Below are positions 60,478 through 64,000 of a stretch of 64,000 bases of DNA, one piece after another. The notes beneath the pieces were generated by a model that worked only from the letters and a program-made list of their open reading frames with translations, was not told the DNA's origin and did no database searches. A program made the translations under genes and the position numbers. Location: positions 78,386 through 142,385 of the forward strand of contig PKEB01000014.1 in assembly GCA_002863125.1 (NCBI GenBank), given 5' to 3'. The stretch is from Flavobacteriales bacterium. GTDB taxonomy: Bacteria > Bacteroidota > Bacteroidia > Flavobacteriales_D > Sanyastnellaceae. The stretch's first letter is position 1. Each line of letters opens with the position of its first letter.

Positions 60478-61723
60478 GCACCTCCTATTCGCAGCACTGG
60501 TGGGCATGGCATGCACATGCAGCGCACAGGTAGCAACGTCCGCGGTCCCAGGAGAATCCGCACATACCGGGTGGGCGTATTCGGATTCATGCCGCGCCTT
60601 TCACCGACTCTGGACCACCATGGACAGCGTCCACTCCAATCGATCAGGCGGCCTGACCGTCCTGTACATCGGCGGTTCCCATGTGCAAGGAGGATGGATT
60701 GGACACGAAATGCGACGGTTGCTCGCAGCCTGGGCACCGCAAGCGGAAATGTCCCGGGGCATGCACCTCCCTTACCGCCTCGCCCACACCAATACACCTA
60801 CGCATTTCCGTACTGAGATGGAGGGCTTGTGGACAGCCGATTGTTGCACACGGGGCAAGGGCCAAGCACGGTGTGAAGCCGCTCCCATTGCGACCGGAAT
60901 CCTCGCATACCCAGAAGACTCAGCCTCCATTCAACACGTCAGTTACCTGCCTGATTCTTCCCGAACGGCCTACACCTCAATCCAACTGTGGACCAACGCC
61001 GAACGAGCGCAATGGCATTGGACAGGAAACGCCCCGCTCCGGGCATGCACACCCCTGCCCGGCAACCTGGGCTGGCAGTTGGAATTGGAACGTGCTGCCG
61101 ATACGTTGGCGGTGTGTTTTGTCGCTCCGGAGAAAGCCGGTGTGTGGTATGCGGGCATAAATGGCCATAACGCATCAGCAACGCCACACATCACTTGGCA
61201 CGAATGGGGACACAATGGCCTCCGTATTCGGCATGCCGCTGCACAAAGCGGATGGGACAACCTGCTTCAGGAGCTCCAGCCGGATTTAATTTTTGTCGGC
61301 ATCGGACTCAACGACGCGGTCGATGGCAAACGCCTCAACGTACCGGCTTATGCGGCCCACTACGAGGCGCTGAGTTCCATCTTGCGCAGTTCAGGCGCAG
61401 CCGTGGTGCTCCTCGGCAACACGCCCGCCATGCACCGCAGCACATCACTCGCAGAACCCTCTGCCTCCATCGGCAACTGGCTACGTCAACACAGCCGAGC
61501 CCACGGCATGGGGTACATGGACCTTACGAACGCCCTCGGCGGTCCTGGCATCGTAGCCGAGTGGATCGAGGATGAGCGCATGCAACCAGACGGAATGCAC
61601 TTCACGGCCAAAGGATACAGTGCCATCGCCAACGCGCTCTTCACCGCGTGGATGGACGCGTACTCCCAAGCACAAAAGGCACCATCTTTGAACAGCGCGA
61701 TCGACGCGCAACCACAGCAATGA
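60467..61723 (+). CDS. secreted SGNH-family paralogue with the same split architecture
   Basis: The ATG at 60467 gives signal peptide MPLKHLLFAALVGMACTCSAQ. Block I YIGGSHVQGG (S71, with Gly replacing the usual Asp), block II WGHNG, block III GIGLNDA, block V PDGMHF. It overlaps the upstream gene by 11 nt. Confidence 0.7.
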   Translation: MPLKHLLFAALVGMACTCSAQVATSAVPGESAHTGWAYSDSCRAFHRLWTTMDSVHSNRSGGLTVLYIGGSHVQGGWIGHEMRRLLAAWAPQAEMSRGMHLPYRLAHTNTPTHFRTEMEGLWTADCCTRGKGQARCEAAPIATGILAYPEDSASIQHVSYLPDSSRTAYTSIQLWTNAERAQWHWTGNAPLRACTPLPGNLGWQLELERAADTLAVCFVAPEKAGVWYAGINGHNASATPHITWHEWGHNGLRIRHAAAQSGWDNLLQELQPDLIFVGIGLNDAVDGKRLNVPAYAAHYEALSSILRSSGAAVVLLGNTPAMHRSTSLAEPSASIGNWLRQHSRAHGMGYMDLTNALGGPGIVAEWIEDERMQPDGMHFTAKGYSAIANALFTAWMDAYSQAQKAPSLNSAIDAQPQQ

Positions 61724-63402
61724 TTGAATCCCTATCCCAGCCGTTTACGTTCTTGAATGCCTCGTTCTGGGCATTCATGCTGGTGGTATTGGCGGGGCTC
61801 GCCGCAACGGAAAAGCGGGTGCGTATGCGCAATGCGTACTTGTTTTTGGCGAGTTTGTTTTTCTATTGGAAAACGAGTGGTGCCTTTGTGGCCATCCTCA
61901 TCTTTTCTACCCTCTCAGATTGGTGGATTGGCGGGCGAATGGATCGCTCGGAGGGTGGGCAGCGAAAACGGTGGCTTACAGCGAGTTTGATCATTAACCT
62001 CAGCGTTTTGCTGTATTTCAAGTACGCGTACTTCATTGCGGACGCCCTGCAGCCGCTGCTCGGAGTGCATTGGAGTCAGCCACACGCAGCGCTGGGCCAG
62101 TGGGCGAATGCGCATTTGGGAACGACGTTCCGCGTGGATCAAATCCTCTTGCCGGTGGGGATTTCGTTCTACACCTTCCAGACCATGTCGTATGCCATCG
62201 ACGTGTACCGAAAGGAAGTCGAGCCTGTACGAAGCGTACTGGATTTTGGGTTTTTCGTGAGCTTTTTCCCGCAGCTGGTAGCGGGGCCCATCGTTCGCGC
62301 CAAATCCTTCATCCCTCAGCTCCATCAGCCCTACCGGCTCAGCCGGGTTGAATTTGGAACGGGGCTGTTTTGGATCCTCAACGGGCTGATCAAGAAAATC
62401 TGGCTGGCCGATTACCTCGCCGTCAACGTGGTTGACCGCGTCTTTGCCAACCCGGGGAGCTACAGTGGATTTGAAAACCTCATCGGCTTGTATGCTTACA
62501 GTCTCCAGGTGTACGCCGACTTCAGCGGATACACGGACATGGCCATCGGCATTGCACTGTTGATGGGGTTCAACCTGCCGGTTAATTTCCGTTCGCCTTA
62601 CAAAGCCCGAAACGTCGGTGAATTCTGGAAACGCTGGCACATCAGTCTGTCCAATTGGCTCAAAGATTACCTGTACATCCCCATGGGTGGAAACCGCGGC
62701 GCCTCGTGGTTCACGTTCATCAGCGGGTCGTTTTTGCTCAGCTTCGTCCTGCTTTTGGCCCCCAACACCGGTGTTCGGCTCATTGTGCTGAGCGGCGTCT
62801 GCCTGGCGGGAGCAGCAATGTATGCCTTCCCGGCATTGCGCAAACGCTTCAGCACCAACGTCAATTTGATGATGACCATGCTCCTCGGCGGGCTGTGGCA
62901 TGGTGCCAGTTGGAATTTCGTTCTGTGGGGCGGGTTAAATGGATTGGGCCTGATCGTCTACAAGGGATGGCGTAAAATCAGCCCGTGGGGCAGTTACACC
63001 CGCTGGTGGCACCACGCCGTCGGTATCTTTCTCACCTTTCATTTTATCACGATGACGCGGATCTGGTTTCGATCGGGCAGCCACGTCACCTGGGATGCAC
63101 TGGATACCCCGCATGACATTTGGACCGAGTGGTTCACCGCCAATGCCATGATCGAGCAACTGCTGTTTGGGTTCTGGTCCAGTCCGTTCGGCGCCATTGT
63201 TTCGGGGTATGGACCAGTGCTGGGGCTCATGGCCGCCGGCATGGCCATTCACTGCCTCCCGGAGCGCATCAAAGTCGGCTACCGCACGGCATTCGCCAAT
63301 GCGCCGTTGTGGGTGCAGTTGGGCACCACCTTTGCAACCATTGGTTTGGCATACGCCGGAATGTCCTCCGGTGTACAGCCATTTATCTATTTCCAGTTCT
63401 GA
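61720..63402 (+). CDS. MBOAT-family membrane O-acyltransferase (AlgI/PatA/DltB-like)
   Basis: About 560-aa polytopic protein. Signature FWKRWHISLSNWLKDYLYIPMGGNR, with the invariant His, plus GLWHGASWNFVLWG. ATGA overlap with the upstream gene. Confidence 0.9.
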   Translation: MIESLSQPFTFLNASFWAFMLVVLAGLAATEKRVRMRNAYLFLASLFFYWKTSGAFVAILIFSTLSDWWIGGRMDRSEGGQRKRWLTASLIINLSVLLYFKYAYFIADALQPLLGVHWSQPHAALGQWANAHLGTTFRVDQILLPVGISFYTFQTMSYAIDVYRKEVEPVRSVLDFGFFVSFFPQLVAGPIVRAKSFIPQLHQPYRLSRVEFGTGLFWILNGLIKKIWLADYLAVNVVDRVFANPGSYSGFENLIGLYAYSLQVYADFSGYTDMAIGIALLMGFNLPVNFRSPYKARNVGEFWKRWHISLSNWLKDYLYIPMGGNRGASWFTFISGSFLLSFVLLLAPNTGVRLIVLSGVCLAGAAMYAFPALRKRFSTNVNLMMTMLLGGLWHGASWNFVLWGGLNGLGLIVYKGWRKISPWGSYTRWWHHAVGIFLTFHFITMTRIWFRSGSHVTWDALDTPHDIWTEWFTANAMIEQLLFGFWSSPFGAIVSGYGPVLGLMAAGMAIHCLPERIKVGYRTAFANAPLWVQLGTTFATIGLAYAGMSSGVQPFIYFQF

Positions 63403-63403
63403 A

Positions 63404-63592
63404 TTACTCCGCGACCTCGACCTGCTGATAGGCACTGCAGGATTTCTGATTTGTGCACGAAGTGGCAAACACCGCCATGGTCAACACACCCAGGATGACA
63501 ATGATGAAACGCTGGATGCGCGCGTGATCAACACCTGACGCATCGAAGCCAGAAGGGTCTACTTTTGCAGGGTTGGTGTTGTTGGAGAACAT
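63404..63592 (-). CDS. small hypothetical membrane or lipoprotein-like protein
   Basis: 62 aa with one hydrophobic helix ending in a lipobox-like FATSC, and a C-terminal CSAYQQVEVAE. No recognised family, and it may not be expressed. Confidence 0.3.
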   Translation of the reverse strand: MFSNNTNPAKVDPSGFDASGVDHARIQRFIIVILGVLTMAVFATSCTNQKSCSAYQQVEVAE

Positions 63593-63655
63593 AGCGGTCT
63601 ATTTCGTTGGTTCAAAAACGCAGGGTTGCCAAACTTAGTATATTTCTTTCGAACA

Positions 63656-63961
63656 ATGACTTCCTCGTCCTCAATCCGCCCGTTGAACGTTCTTTTCGTC
63701 GCCTTGGTGACCTTGCAGGGTCTATTTGTCCTGGAACTGACAGCCGACATCACCTTGCCGGCCCTGTTGGTCGAGCACCGAAGCGGTTGGCTATTGGCTG
63801 AATTCTTGGGAACAGCTGTACTGTTTGTAGACATGGTCGTCCGTTTTGATGAGCTGCACCCCAAGCGGAAGCCATTCTACCTGGCCGGCATTGCAGCCTG
63901 CGCCATGGGGTGGTGTTTCCAGTTTTTCGTTCACTACCTCGACAGCGCATTGATGAGCTGA
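63656..63961 (+). CDS. hypothetical membrane protein with three predicted helices
   Basis: The ATG at 63656 is preceded by TATATTTC (7 of 8 positions of the -7 box) at 63639-46; the track start at 63626 is a TTG. About 101 aa, no recognised family. Confidence 0.4.
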   Translation: MTSSSSIRPLNVLFVALVTLQGLFVLELTADITLPALLVEHRSGWLLAEFLGTAVLFVDMVVRFDELHPKRKPFYLAGIAACAMGWCFQFFVHYLDSALMS

Positions 63962-64000
63962 TCCTCAGTCGTCGAGGTGGTATTGGTAATCGGAATCGTC

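Overview
This window looks like ordinary chromosomal core genome from a moderately GC-rich member of the Bacteroidota. I infer the phylum from T9SS type A and type B C-terminal sorting domains, DUF-type lipoproteins, a roughly 310-aa NusB, TAnnTTTG-type promoter boxes and a Na+-NQR operon; I cannot place it more precisely. It is almost entirely coding. I support 50 protein-coding genes, one of them partial at the left edge. Thirteen gene pairs are linked by ATGA or GTGA start/stop overlaps, and convergent genes abut or even overlap. Main blocks: nqrABCDEF-apbE with a convergent NqrM-like mini-gene; a candidate T9SS plug gene; SDR, GT4, prfC, a TonB-dependent receptor and an L-type-lectin T9SS cargo; ligA plus an exonuclease/BRCT gene; parE-parC-amylase-mgsA-prmC; pepD-surE-lpxB-spoIID; nusB-DUF1573-yajC-nhaC-uvrA; a 1366-aa Asp-box/LamG T9SS protein; htpG plus a J-domain protein; and a zinc metalloprotease. 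I saw no rRNA, tRNA, CRISPR array, transposase, integrase, prophage gene or recognisable defence system. The best candidates for something not yet described are: (1) a four-gene translationally coupled operon at 57.7-63.4 kb, encoding a LysM protein with a catalytically degenerate lytic-transglycosylase-like domain, two paralogous split SGNH hydrolases and an MBOAT acyltransferase, which I read as a peptidoglycan or glycan O-acylation module with an unusual pseudo-enzyme partner; (2) a complete promoter followed by an orphan strand-specific intrinsic terminator at 57465-57582 (minus strand), upstream of an SRPBCC gene, which could be a small RNA or an attenuator; (3) an insertion of about 147 aa inside the HhH domain of LigA; (4) a four-cysteine NqrM-like gene convergent with apbE. 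All functional calls rest on my recognition of motifs in the translated ORFs; no database search was run.
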